A stretch of 64,000 nucleotides of DNA from the NCBI GenBank assembly GCA_965242985.1, contig OZ251520.1:1794235-1858234 (forward strand), in the 5' to 3' direction. How positions within the stretch are numbered: position 1 is the stretch's first letter; each line of letters opens with the position of its first letter. Origin of the DNA: an uncultured candidatus Porisulfidus sp. Lineage in GTDB: Bacteria > Pseudomonadota > Gammaproteobacteria > Poriferisulfidales > Poriferisulfidaceae. Under the pieces are notes generated by a model that ran no database searches, was not told the origin of the DNA, and saw only the letters and a program-made list of their open reading frames with translations. The position numbers were made by a program, and so were the translations under genes. This document shows, in pieces, positions 19,184 to 28,236 of the stretch.

Positions 19184-20074
19184 ATGCCCGCTCCTTACCC
19201 GATTATGGAAGTTCCACCGGAACAAGTTCCGGTGCCAGATTGGGAAGATATGGGCAGCAAGAAGAAGTTCTGGTTTCAGCCAACCGATGCCGAGCCCCTT
19301 TGGCTGTTCAAGTATTCGCAGCGAAACACCGGCCAGCATTGGTCCGAAAAAATTGCGGAAGAAGCGGCGAAAATGCTCGACATTGATTGCGCCAAGGTGG
19401 AACTGGCCCTATGCGAAAAGCAGCCGGGGTCCGCCACAAAATCATTTTTGAACGATGGATGGGAACTGGTACATGGCAACCAGTTGCTCGGAGTCAGTTT
19501 CCCTGATTACGACGAAGGCAAAAAATATCGCCAATCCAAGCATACGCTGGAAAACATCTTCGGCGCCATGGAAGTCGTGTTTGACGTTGCCGATGCTTCA
19601 AGCGCCAAGCGGAAATTGGCGGGCTACTTCGTTCTTGACGCCCTGATCGGAAATACGGACCGGCACCACGAAAACTGGGGCGCCTTGAGAAATGTCGAGC
19701 AAAACGAATGCGTCGACTCGATCGGCCCAACTTTCGACCATGCCTCATCCCTGGGCAGGGAACTTCTCGACGAGCGCCGCCGCATGCTGTTGCGAGAAAA
19801 TCGAGTCGGCAACTATGCCGAAAAGGGACGTGGCCCGATTTACTGGACGGAACGAGACCGACGCGGACTCAGCCCGCTGGAGCTCGTGAGACGGGCATCA
19901 AAAGAGTACGGCGAATGGTTCCGTCCCGCGCTGGAACAGATCAAGGAAGCGAATGCTGATGCGCTGACGGATCTGATCGAACGCGTGCCGGAAGATTGGA
20001 TGAGCCCGGAAGCGCGAGACTTCACGGCCCGCCTGCTGCACTATAATCTCGGCCAACTGCTGGAATTGCCCTAA
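19184..20074 (+). CDS. HipA-like Ser/Thr kinase (short, CtkA/HipT-like)
   Basis: MGSKKKFW, WLFKY, HWSEKIA, LDALIGNTDRHHENWG, PTFDHASSLG. Confidence 0.85.
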   Translation: MPAPYPIMEVPPEQVPVPDWEDMGSKKKFWFQPTDAEPLWLFKYSQRNTGQHWSEKIAEEAAKMLDIDCAKVELALCEKQPGSATKSFLNDGWELVHGNQLLGVSFPDYDEGKKYRQSKHTLENIFGAMEVVFDVADASSAKRKLAGYFVLDALIGNTDRHHENWGALRNVEQNECVDSIGPTFDHASSLGRELLDERRRMLLRENRVGNYAEKGRGPIYWTERDRRGLSPLELVRRASKEYGEWFRPALEQIKEANADALTDLIERVPEDWMSPEARDFTARLLHYNLGQLLELP

Positions 20075-20811
20075 TGCACACCCTGTACCTGTCTTGGCGA
20101 ACCCGCAATTCGAGCCGCCGGTGGTTTCCGGTCGGCCGTCTCGATATCGAGGCCGAGCCCACTCCCAGCTACCGCTTCCGGTACATCCGCGGAGCGAAGC
20201 AGGCGCAGGACCAAGCGAAGTTTCCGTTATTGGTGGAGTTCCCCAAACTGGAGCGAAGCTACGAATTCGGTGAACTGTTCCCGGTCTTCCAGAACCGGGT
20301 CACGCGGCCGACGCGGCCGGACTTCTCCGACTACGTTCACAGCCTCGGACTGACCGAAGATGCCAGCGCATTCGATATCCTGTCGGTCAGCGGCGGCAGG
20401 CGCGTTACGGACCCCTACGAAGTGTTTCCAAAACTTGCGAAAAACGACGACGGAAGTTTTGCCTGCCGGTTTTTTCTGCACGGCGAAGAAAGCGCCGCCT
20501 CAACGGTGCGGGATCGCATCCAGCGGCTGCGGCCGGGAGAAACGCTGCTGGCGGTCGCAAGCCCGGACGGCACTACTTCCGGACCGGCGGTGCAACTGAA
20601 AACGAAAGACGGGCATGTGATCGGCTGGACACCGGACTATCTCGTGCCGGAATTGACTCCTGTTCTGGAAAATCCCGCGCAATGTTCCGCGCAAGTCGCG
20701 CAGATCAACCAGCGCCCGTACAAAAACCGGCATGTGCTCATCGAGATGCGCGGCAACTGGGGCGACCACGAACCCATGAGCGGCGCAGAACTCCAACCCT
20801 TGGTCGACTAA
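20074..20811 (+). CDS. HipA-N/HipS-like domain plus HIRAN-like domain protein
   Basis: WFPVGRL...YRFRY...LFPVFQNRV...RPDF then FFLHG...GETL...IGWTPDYL; TAATG overlap with the kinase. Confidence 0.75.
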   Translation: MHTLYLSWRTRNSSRRWFPVGRLDIEAEPTPSYRFRYIRGAKQAQDQAKFPLLVEFPKLERSYEFGELFPVFQNRVTRPTRPDFSDYVHSLGLTEDASAFDILSVSGGRRVTDPYEVFPKLAKNDDGSFACRFFLHGEESAASTVRDRIQRLRPGETLLAVASPDGTTSGPAVQLKTKDGHVIGWTPDYLVPELTPVLENPAQCSAQVAQINQRPYKNRHVLIEMRGNWGDHEPMSGAELQPLVD

Positions 20812-20855
20812 TCCCTATCCGCTGGAATGCGGAGGGCCATCGCGCGCCAGCATCC

Positions 20856-23800
20856 TTACGGCTCCGTCGACTTCGCCTGTTCCGGTGCGGCCACATCCAC
20901 CACGCACACCGCTATTTTTCTAGCTTCTTCCTCCAACAAGGTCTCCTGAAGGCGTGCTTCGAGCTCAGCCGCCGAGCGCGGCCACGCTCCCTGCGACGGC
21001 GGCGGCTGTTTGCGGTCTGCCCCGAACCAAAACACCACGTACAGGCCGCAGCCACCAGCCCGCGGGTCCCGGACGTACTTGGCGATCAACTGGTCGCGCA
21101 TGGCGCTCCACAAATCATCACTGGTGTTCTTCTTGATTTCGATCGGCATCGCAAAACCGTGCGCGCCGCCAAAGGTCACCATAACGTCTGCTCGCGCATC
21201 GTCCGCAAGGTGCTTTTCTGGTTCCACTCCAAACCGGGCCAAAGACTGTTGGAGATCGGACACTAGCGCATCCCGGCAAGCTTCCTCATGTTTCGGCTTC
21301 TCCAACTTGCGATGCGGGCCCTCGTTCCAATACTGCCGGTAGTCATCCGTATCACCGTTCCGGATCCGGTGTGACACTTCCTGCAGCACCACTTCCGTCA
21401 GCGCCTTCAGATCGTCTGCATTCGCCGGCTGCTGATTGTTCAGAAGCCGGTTGGCCCGACACACATCCAAATGGCGAAATTCTGCTTCACGCCATACCGC
21501 CCGCTGATTGGCCCTAGCGGCCTGCAACTCAGATTGCCAAGCCCCCAATTTCGGCTCCGCCAATAATCTGGCTAGCGCGGCGGCGGCCTCCGCGGTCGGC
21601 CTGGAATCCAGTTCAGACCGCAGTCGATAGAGAAAACTCGAAGCCTCTTCGGCAGGCGTCCCCCGCACTTTCCTCAAGCCTTTATACGGCACATAAAACT
21701 CCCCAATCTTCCGGAACAAAAGTTCAATCGTTGGTGTAGAAAGAAACTGCTCGGTACTGATAGTCGAGCAAAAATCGGCCAAATGCCCAACACGCTTTTC
21801 CGCGGCATTGACGAAATCCGCCAGTTTCTGCAGGAATTCCTCCGGCCGTGCAAGCACACCCGCTGCCAACCAGCGAATCCGAGTACCTACGTTCATGCTT
21901 CCCAATTTCGCTTTGCGGCGGATTAACGCCAAAAAATCCGCTTGGCTGGAATGGCGCAAGGCCGCTTGCAAAAGCGCATTCAACCAGACAAGCTGCCGCT
22001 TGGATGCCCGCACCGGAAAAGCGCGCAGCATTGCCATGGCGGATATCTGCGCAACCCGCGCCCAGTCATCATCATGAGCCAGTTCGCGAATGCTCGCCTC
22101 CAACGTTTGATATCCTTTCCTGTTGTGTTTCAGAAGTGCGCCCGCACAGGTTTGCAGCACATCAGCCACCAGTTCCGGGCGAGTTTTAACCAGTGCCGAA
22201 TACCATGCTGGGAACAAGTTTTCTCCGCCAGTCAGGTGAAAGGCACAGGCTTGCCGTAAATGCCCGTCTCTGATGTCCTGCCCGGCATTCGGCACCGCTT
22301 CCGAATTCAGCTCTAGTCCCGCCAAAACCGGCGGGCCGAGCAAGTGAATCTTGTTGTCGATATGCAGTTGAACAATGTCCTCAACGCTGGGCATCTGCGG
22401 ATGGTTAACCGAACGTCGCAATCCCTCCACCGCCGCATGAGTCAATACCTGATCATGGCACAAGAAATTTTCCAGCCTTTCCTCTGGCATGAATCCTCGC
22501 GCCACCGCCTCCCGACCCAAGTAGGCTTGCCCAAGGTGGTACAGGAGACCAAGCGGCACATTGCCTTCCCGCAATGCGGTCTCGCTCGACTTTGCAGACT
22601 TCAATCGTTCCTTGGCTTCAGCGTCCTGCCTTGCTACTTGGACACGCCGTCGCTCCGTATCTAACTTGATGCCGTGAAAGATCTCGTTGAGCACTTCTGT
22701 TCGCTTCGGATCTTTCTTTGCGGTTCCCTCGATTTCTGTCCGCAACAATGATATATCGTGATCCCTACGGCAGAAAATTGCCTGTTCAGCCAAGTACCGA
22801 AATATCTGACCGCCATCCGCTTTCGGCAGTTTTTTTAGACACCAACGACTGAAAGCAGGCGGACACCATTGCTTGAATAACAACGACTTTGCCTTAGTCA
22901 TGCATGACTCGAAATCTTTTTCTCTTGAACACTGATCAAAGTATTTGTCCAGCAATCCCACTTGAATATCCGGTCGAGCCTGCAACCATTCCTGAATTTG
23001 AGAAAATTCCAGTCTTCCCGCCAACATCCCGTGTTTGTCGGGAACGATCCCAAGCCAGCGGTGAAGGCGGTCGAGGCTGATAGCCTCACCGTGTTCTTGC
23101 AACCCCTTCATCGCCAAACGAACGCACCACCCGGGACTTAAGTGATTCAACACAGGGAGAAAAACCTCAGCCTTTGCGGAAACCTGATCTAAAAGAGAAA
23201 AGATACCCTCTGGCGGAAATATTGAAATCAAGTGTTCCCAAGAACTGGTATAGTATGTCTCTTGGAAAGCATAGGCTGGAACACCGCTTAAACAATGGGG
23301 AACATACAGGTAATTCAAAATTTCCGGAAATGGTATCGCATCCGGATAGAGATCGTATAGCAGAAGTCCCATAAGGTCGCCGCGGGAGTCGGCAACCTTA
23401 CCGTTGCGGATGTCCTCCGTCAGCATTTTGGCTTCTCTATCACGGGCGGGGCCTTTCCAGTGGTGCAGCAACAATTTGAGAGCAATTACGCGCAGATGCA
23501 AGTGCCATGAAGAATCCCGGATGACCTGCAGCAGAGTACCGCGCAAATCCGGGAAATCCGCACCATACCGCATGGCATCCAGGACGCAGCCAGCAACTTC
23601 CTGCTGCCTATCGCTCCGGTCTGTGGTCAGCAGGATTTCCCGAAGCCTGTCTTTCATGTCCGGGGTCGCAAGCGCGCCCAAAGATGATTCCAGCGTGGAT
23701 GACGACCAAAACAAAGAATGATGTGCTTTCATATGCTGACCCAGACCTTTCAAAAGACGGGATTTACTGTTAACGGAAAAGTCCTTGGTGTCTCCGTACA

Positions 23801-24917
23801 GTGCCACTCCCACCGGATCCCTATCGATGATGAAATCACGCCAACTCACGCACAGAGTCGCCAGCCATGCCGACAAGCCACGCAACTGGCTTACAGCGAT
23901 TCCATCCACCCCCGTAATTGATGCAAGTATGCGCCCAACCGGCAAATGACGACGATCGATGCAATCCGAGATGCATCGGGCGGCCAGATATTCAGCGATA
24001 TGGCGATGAATGGGGGCAACCACTCCGCTGCCGGAAAACAGCCTAGTGCGCACAACCAACGGAAACAACTTGTCGTCTTCGCCGCTCAATTCGCCGAGCC
24101 ACGGGAAATCCTCCGTCGCCACATTTTCCGTCAGCGCGTAGCCGGCCTTACCGGCGATGATCTGGATCGCGCAGAGAAATCCCGCGGCATGCAGATTCCG
24201 TTCTAGGCTCGTGTGCCGCAACGCCGTCACATTCTGATGCCGCGAGTTGCGCTCTCCGATCAACTTGCGGCAGGCCAATTCAAACGTTTCCCGCCGCGTT
24301 TCCGGCCATGCGCCCGCCGCCACCGCTTTCGCCAACAGGTCCAGCGTCTGAGGGTTGGTCAGAAGTTCCGACAGCCCTCTCTGTTCTGCTTGCCGCGTGA
24401 ATTCAGTGGCATCCTCAACCTGCGGATCATGTTCCAAGATCTGGAGAATATCGGCCTCCGCCAACGGCTTGAGACACAGCACCTGCACTTTCCCGCCCTG
24501 CGCCACCATCGCCAAACGGTTTCGGTCAAGCGCATCCAACCAGTCGGCACTCCGGCAAGACAAGCGGAATCGAGGCCGCCCTAGTTTTTCCAAGCGGGCC
24601 CGAACCACATCGAGAGGCGTTCGGGCATCCTGCGCTCCCGCCCGGATTTCGTCCAGCCCGTCAATGAACAGCACTTTCCCGTGCCATTCCGGACGATCCT
24701 CAAAAGTCAGAAAATCCCGCGCCAACACCATTTCTCCGCCATCCGCCAAGGCGGCACATTCCTGCTCGAACGCAGTGGTCTTACCTGCGCCCGGGTTCCC
24801 GATCAAAACGTAGGCCGGTAAATCCCGGTACTCAGACAACGGCCGGGGGTCAGCGGACGACGCACGGTCCGTCCCGTCTGAAGAAATTGGGATGCAATTG
24901 CGCTCGACGAGATGCAT
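20856..24917 (-). CDS. NACHT/STAND NTPase with long helical region and C-terminal PD-(D/E)xK-like nuclease
   Basis: Walker A GNPGAGKTT, Walker B LFIDGLDE, FRLSCR sensor; C-terminal EKHLADDARADV...PIEIKK. Confidence 0.8.
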   Translation of the reverse strand: MHLVERNCIPISSDGTDRASSADPRPLSEYRDLPAYVLIGNPGAGKTTAFEQECAALADGGEMVLARDFLTFEDRPEWHGKVLFIDGLDEIRAGAQDARTPLDVVRARLEKLGRPRFRLSCRSADWLDALDRNRLAMVAQGGKVQVLCLKPLAEADILQILEHDPQVEDATEFTRQAEQRGLSELLTNPQTLDLLAKAVAAGAWPETRRETFELACRKLIGERNSRHQNVTALRHTSLERNLHAAGFLCAIQIIAGKAGYALTENVATEDFPWLGELSGEDDKLFPLVVRTRLFSGSGVVAPIHRHIAEYLAARCISDCIDRRHLPVGRILASITGVDGIAVSQLRGLSAWLATLCVSWRDFIIDRDPVGVALYGDTKDFSVNSKSRLLKGLGQHMKAHHSLFWSSSTLESSLGALATPDMKDRLREILLTTDRSDRQQEVAGCVLDAMRYGADFPDLRGTLLQVIRDSSWHLHLRVIALKLLLHHWKGPARDREAKMLTEDIRNGKVADSRGDLMGLLLYDLYPDAIPFPEILNYLYVPHCLSGVPAYAFQETYYTSSWEHLISIFPPEGIFSLLDQVSAKAEVFLPVLNHLSPGWCVRLAMKGLQEHGEAISLDRLHRWLGIVPDKHGMLAGRLEFSQIQEWLQARPDIQVGLLDKYFDQCSREKDFESCMTKAKSLLFKQWCPPAFSRWCLKKLPKADGGQIFRYLAEQAIFCRRDHDISLLRTEIEGTAKKDPKRTEVLNEIFHGIKLDTERRRVQVARQDAEAKERLKSAKSSETALREGNVPLGLLYHLGQAYLGREAVARGFMPEERLENFLCHDQVLTHAAVEGLRRSVNHPQMPSVEDIVQLHIDNKIHLLGPPVLAGLELNSEAVPNAGQDIRDGHLRQACAFHLTGGENLFPAWYSALVKTRPELVADVLQTCAGALLKHNRKGYQTLEASIRELAHDDDWARVAQISAMAMLRAFPVRASKRQLVWLNALLQAALRHSSQADFLALIRRKAKLGSMNVGTRIRWLAAGVLARPEEFLQKLADFVNAAEKRVGHLADFCSTISTEQFLSTPTIELLFRKIGEFYVPYKGLRKVRGTPAEEASSFLYRLRSELDSRPTAEAAAALARLLAEPKLGAWQSELQAARANQRAVWREAEFRHLDVCRANRLLNNQQPANADDLKALTEVVLQEVSHRIRNGDTDDYRQYWNEGPHRKLEKPKHEEACRDALVSDLQQSLARFGVEPEKHLADDARADVMVTFGGAHGFAMPIEIKKNTSDDLWSAMRDQLIAKYVRDPRAGGCGLYVVFWFGADRKQPPPSQGAWPRSAAELEARLQETLLEEEARKIAVCVVDVAAPEQAKSTEP

Positions 24918-26167
24918 CAGTCCGCCTCGAACCAGTGCGCCGCGGGGTGCAGTAGAAACTCTTCCAACGATATGCCGCCGCCTGCGCCGACCACCAGAAC
25001 CCGTTGCGGTCGGAAACGCCGTTTGAACTCCCCCAGCCCGGGCGCCGGCCGGCCGCGCCGGGCACTCTTGACTTCAATGGCGACGGTTCCCGGCCCCTGC
25101 TGGAGCGCGAAATCCACTTCGTCGTCGCGGTCGCGCCAGTAGCAGACATCGATGTATCGCCCGCTGTTGCACAGATGCGCGCCCACCGCGCTCTCCGTCA
25201 GCCGGCCCCAGAACTCGCCGTCCTCGCAGGCCTGCTCAAACGAGTACCCGGAACGCGCCGCCATGAACGAAGTGTCGAGCACGTTGAGCTTGGGGTTGGA
25301 AATCTTGACCCGGTATTTCGAACTGGAGTAATTCCGCAAGCTCGCCAGCAAGCCGCTACGCGACATCAATCCCAGGTAATGCGCAATGGTGTCGGTACTG
25401 CCGGCGCCGTCCAACTGCCCGCGCAACTTGTTGTAGGAGAGAATTTGGCCCGAGCAGTCGCAGCCCAGTTCGAACAGTTGCCGGAACAGGGCCGGCTTAT
25501 CAACGCGCGTCACCATGAAAATGTCTTTCTCAAGGTGCGGCTCGATCACCGAAGCGCGGATGTAATCACACCAGTGTTCGTGATCGCCGAGGTGGGGAAC
25601 GCTGCCCGGATAACCGCCGAAGTAAACGTAGCGCGCCACGTCGAAACCGAACGCGTCGCGCATCTCCCGGAACGACCAAGGCTCGACATGGAGCGTCTCG
25701 AAACGTCCCGTCAGCCCCTCCGTCTGTCCCTGCTGCATAAGAAACGGCGCGGACTCGATAATCACCACATGCAACGGGCAATCATTCATTCGGTCCTCGT
25801 CCCAGAGGCCCTTGACCGTCGACGACCACCGCGGGATGCTCTGGATTTCATCCAGCACCAGCACAAACCCGCGCACGGAGCGGTCCGCTTCCAGCCGCGC
25901 CCGCCGCCACGCCCGGATCAGCCAATCATGCCCGGGCATTTCGGCGAGGTTCGCCGTCTTTCCCACCGCAAACGGCGGCGCCTCCGTCCCAAGGCTGTCC
26001 CCCGACAGGTACTGATGCTCCCGGTCCAGCCGCGACAGCGCCTGCCGCACCAGCGTGGTCTTCCCGGTCTGCCGCGGCCCGGACACGAGAATCAGGCGTC
26101 TCGGAGGCTCCTTGAGCCTCTCCAAGAGGACGCCGACATGCTCGCGCTGGTATGATTCCATGAGCAT
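24917..26167 (-). CDS. AAA_14 ATPase with DUF4143-type C-terminus
   Basis: GPRQTGKTTL, LVLDEIQ, GGYPG, ESAVGAHL, YWRDRDDEVDF...AIEVKS; TGATG overlap with the NACHT gene. Confidence 0.88.
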   Translation of the reverse strand: MLMESYQREHVGVLLERLKEPPRRLILVSGPRQTGKTTLVRQALSRLDREHQYLSGDSLGTEAPPFAVGKTANLAEMPGHDWLIRAWRRARLEADRSVRGFVLVLDEIQSIPRWSSTVKGLWDEDRMNDCPLHVVIIESAPFLMQQGQTEGLTGRFETLHVEPWSFREMRDAFGFDVARYVYFGGYPGSVPHLGDHEHWCDYIRASVIEPHLEKDIFMVTRVDKPALFRQLFELGCDCSGQILSYNKLRGQLDGAGSTDTIAHYLGLMSRSGLLASLRNYSSSKYRVKISNPKLNVLDTSFMAARSGYSFEQACEDGEFWGRLTESAVGAHLCNSGRYIDVCYWRDRDDEVDFALQQGPGTVAIEVKSARRGRPAPGLGEFKRRFRPQRVLVVGAGGGISLEEFLLHPAAHWFEAD

Positions 26168-26212
26168 AATATTACATTACTTTAAATAAAATTTCAAGTA
26201 ATGTAATATTAT
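26166..26212. promoter_or_regulatory. Perfect 17-bp inverted repeat (operator-like) overlapping the AAA_14 start codon
   Basis: ATAATATTACATTACTT (26166-26182), 13-bp spacer, AAGTAATGTAATATTAT (26196-26212). Confidence 0.75.
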
Positions 26213-26398
26213 TATATATCATTTATTAATTGATATATTTCTGGTTAAGTCTCAGAGGACCCCAGAGGCTTCCCGGTTCAAGTCCTTGCTGCTCCCTCAG
26301 CCCCGGCAAAACACGCCACCCGCGCCGCGCCTGCCCGGCGCGCCTGCGCGCGGGCGTAAAATCACGGCTCCCGGCGCAACCGCAGCCGCCGCCCGACC

Positions 26399-26794
26399 AT
26401 GCCGCCCCGCCGCATCCGCCCCGCCCTGCTGCTGGCCGCCGCGCTGCTGGCGGCCGGCTGCAGCGACGACGAGACCTCGCTCGTAATCGACGACCCCGCG
26501 CTGCGGCCGCACCCCGCCGAGGCCGGCGCCTGGCTCGGCACTTTCCGCATCCGCAACCGCACCGGCGAGACCCGCACGGTGGAGCGGGTCGAGGCCGCCG
26601 GCTTCGGCGCCGTCGCGTTCAGCGCGGGCGCGCCGCTCCAGGTCGAGCCCGGGCGCGAGCTCGTCCTGTCGCCGGACGGCCCGCACCTGGTGCTGCGCGA
26701 GCCCCGCGGCGCCCCGCGCGCCGGCGACCGCAGCCTGCTGACCCTGCGCTTCGCCGACGGCCGCGTGCTGCGCGCCGATGCCGAAGTCCGCTGA
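26399..26794 (+). CDS. PCu(A)C copper-chaperone-like lipoprotein (degenerate ligands)
   Basis: Lipobox LLAAG-C; IRNRTG...VEPGRELVLSPDGPHLVL...GDRSLLTLRFADG matches the PCuAC pattern. Confidence 0.7.
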   Translation: MPPRRIRPALLLAAALLAAGCSDDETSLVIDDPALRPHPAEAGAWLGTFRIRNRTGETRTVERVEAAGFGAVAFSAGAPLQVEPGRELVLSPDGPHLVLREPRGAPRAGDRSLLTLRFADGRVLRADAEVR

Positions 26795-26803
26795 CCCTCT
26801 TCC

Positions 26804-27508
26804 GTGAACGACTTCGGCCTCGCCCTGGCCACGGCGCTGGAGCTGCTGCTGGGGCTCGACCCGGCGCTGGTCGAGATCATCCTGCTGTCGCTGCGGGTGA
26901 CGCTGTCCGCGGTGGCGCTGGCGGCGGCGATCGGCATCCCGCTCGGCGCGCTGCTCGCCATCGGCCGCTTCCCCGGGCGCGCGTTCGCGGCGCTGCTGGT
27001 CGACACCTTCATGGGCCTGCCGCCGGTGGTGGTCGGCCTGGTGGTGTACCTGTGGCTGTCCCGCTCCGGCCCGCTCGGCGTGCTCGGCCTGCTGTACACC
27101 CCGACCGCGATGATCATCGCGCAGTGCCTGCTGGTGACGCCGATCGTCGCCGCGCTGACGCGCCAGGTGGTGGCCGACATCCACGGCCGCCACGACGAGC
27201 AGCTGCGCTCGCTGGGCGCGAACCGCCGCCAGCGCGCCGCCACGCTGCTGTGGGAGTGCCGCTTCAGCCTGCTGACCGCGGTGCTGGCCGGCTTCGGCCG
27301 CGCCAACGCCGAGGTCGGCGCGGTGATGATCGTCGGCGGCAACATCAACCACGTCACCCGGGTGATGACCACCGCCATCGCCTACGAGACCAGCCGCGGC
27401 AACCTGACCACCGCGCTGGCGCTCGGCTTCGTGCTGCTGCTGCTCGCCATGCTGCTGACCCTGCTGCTGCGCCAGCTGCGCAAACTGCGCGCGGCGCCCG
27501 CCTCGTGA
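26804..27508 (+). CDS. tupB: Tungstate ABC transporter permease
   Basis: TFMGLPPVVVGL, GPLGVLGLLYTP, LAGFGRANAEVGAVMIVGGNI, TRVMTTAI. Confidence 0.92.
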   Translation: MNDFGLALATALELLLGLDPALVEIILLSLRVTLSAVALAAAIGIPLGALLAIGRFPGRAFAALLVDTFMGLPPVVVGLVVYLWLSRSGPLGVLGLLYTPTAMIIAQCLLVTPIVAALTRQVVADIHGRHDEQLRSLGANRRQRAATLLWECRFSLLTAVLAGFGRANAEVGAVMIVGGNINHVTRVMTTAIAYETSRGNLTTALALGFVLLLLAMLLTLLLRQLRKLRAAPAS

Positions 27509-28236
27509 CCGCCGCCGGCCCGCCGCTGTTCCCGCTGGAGGCGGACCGCCTCGGCTTCCGCGCCGGCGGGCAGGAGCTGCTGTCGGAGGTGAGCTTCCGG
27601 CTCGGCGCCGACGGCTGCACCGCGGTGCTGGGCCCGAACGGCGCCGGCAAGACGCTGCTGCTGCGCCTGTGCCACGGCCTGCTCGCGCCGAGCGCGGGCG
27701 CGGTGCGCTGGGGCGGCCTGGAGCCGGCGCGCGCGCGCGCCCGGCAGGCGATGGTGTTCCAGCTGCCGGCGCTGCTCAACCGCAGCGCGCGCGCCAACGT
27801 CGACTACGCGCTGAAGCTGCGCCGCGTCCCGGCCGCGCGGCGGCGGGCGCCGGTGGCGGAGGCGCTGGAGCGCTGCGGGCTGGCCGCCATCGCCGAGCGC
27901 AACGCCCTGCTGCTGTCCGGCGGCGAGCGCCAGAAGCTGGCCCTCGCCCGCGCCTGGGTCACCCGCCCGCGGGTGCTGCTGATGGACGAGCCGAGCTCGG
28001 AGCTGGACCCGCTCGCGACGCGCGAGATCGAGGAAATGATCCGCCTGCTCGCGGCGCAGGGCGTGCGCGTGCTCCTGACCACCCACGACATGGCGCAGGC
28101 GCGCGCGCTGGCGGACGACGTGCTGTTCCTGGAGCGCGGCCGGCTGGCCGCGCACCTGCCGGCGGCGGCGTTCTTCGCCCGCGCCGGCGACGACGTCCCG
28201 GCGCGCTTCGCCGGCCACCGCCGGGAGGCGCGGTGA
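27505..28236 (+). CDS. tupC: Tungstate ABC transporter ATP-binding subunit
   Basis: GPNGAGKT, LSGGERQKLALARA, LLMDEP; GTGA overlap with tupB. Confidence 0.88.
   Translation: MTAAGPPLFPLEADRLGFRAGGQELLSEVSFRLGADGCTAVLGPNGAGKTLLLRLCHGLLAPSAGAVRWGGLEPARARARQAMVFQLPALLNRSARANVDYALKLRRVPAARRRAPVAEALERCGLAAIAERNALLLSGGERQKLALARAWVTRPRVLLMDEPSSELDPLATREIEEMIRLLAAQGVRVLLTTHDMAQARALADDVLFLERGRLAAHLPAAAFFARAGDDVPARFAGHRREAR

Larger units (their letters stand above)
18671..26290. other. Putative tRNA-anchored defence island (no integrase seen)
   Basis: Visible drop in GC and foreign codon usage directly after tRNA-Leu; kinase/HIRAN, NACHT-nuclease and AAA_14 cargo; AT-rich right end. Confidence 0.6.

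Noticed and set aside
26268-26300. GGTTCAAGTCC resembling a tRNA T-arm (possible attR of the island)
   Set aside because: Does not match the 3' end of the tRNA-Leu at 18583-18670 beyond the generic T-loop, and no acceptor stem or CCA follows.
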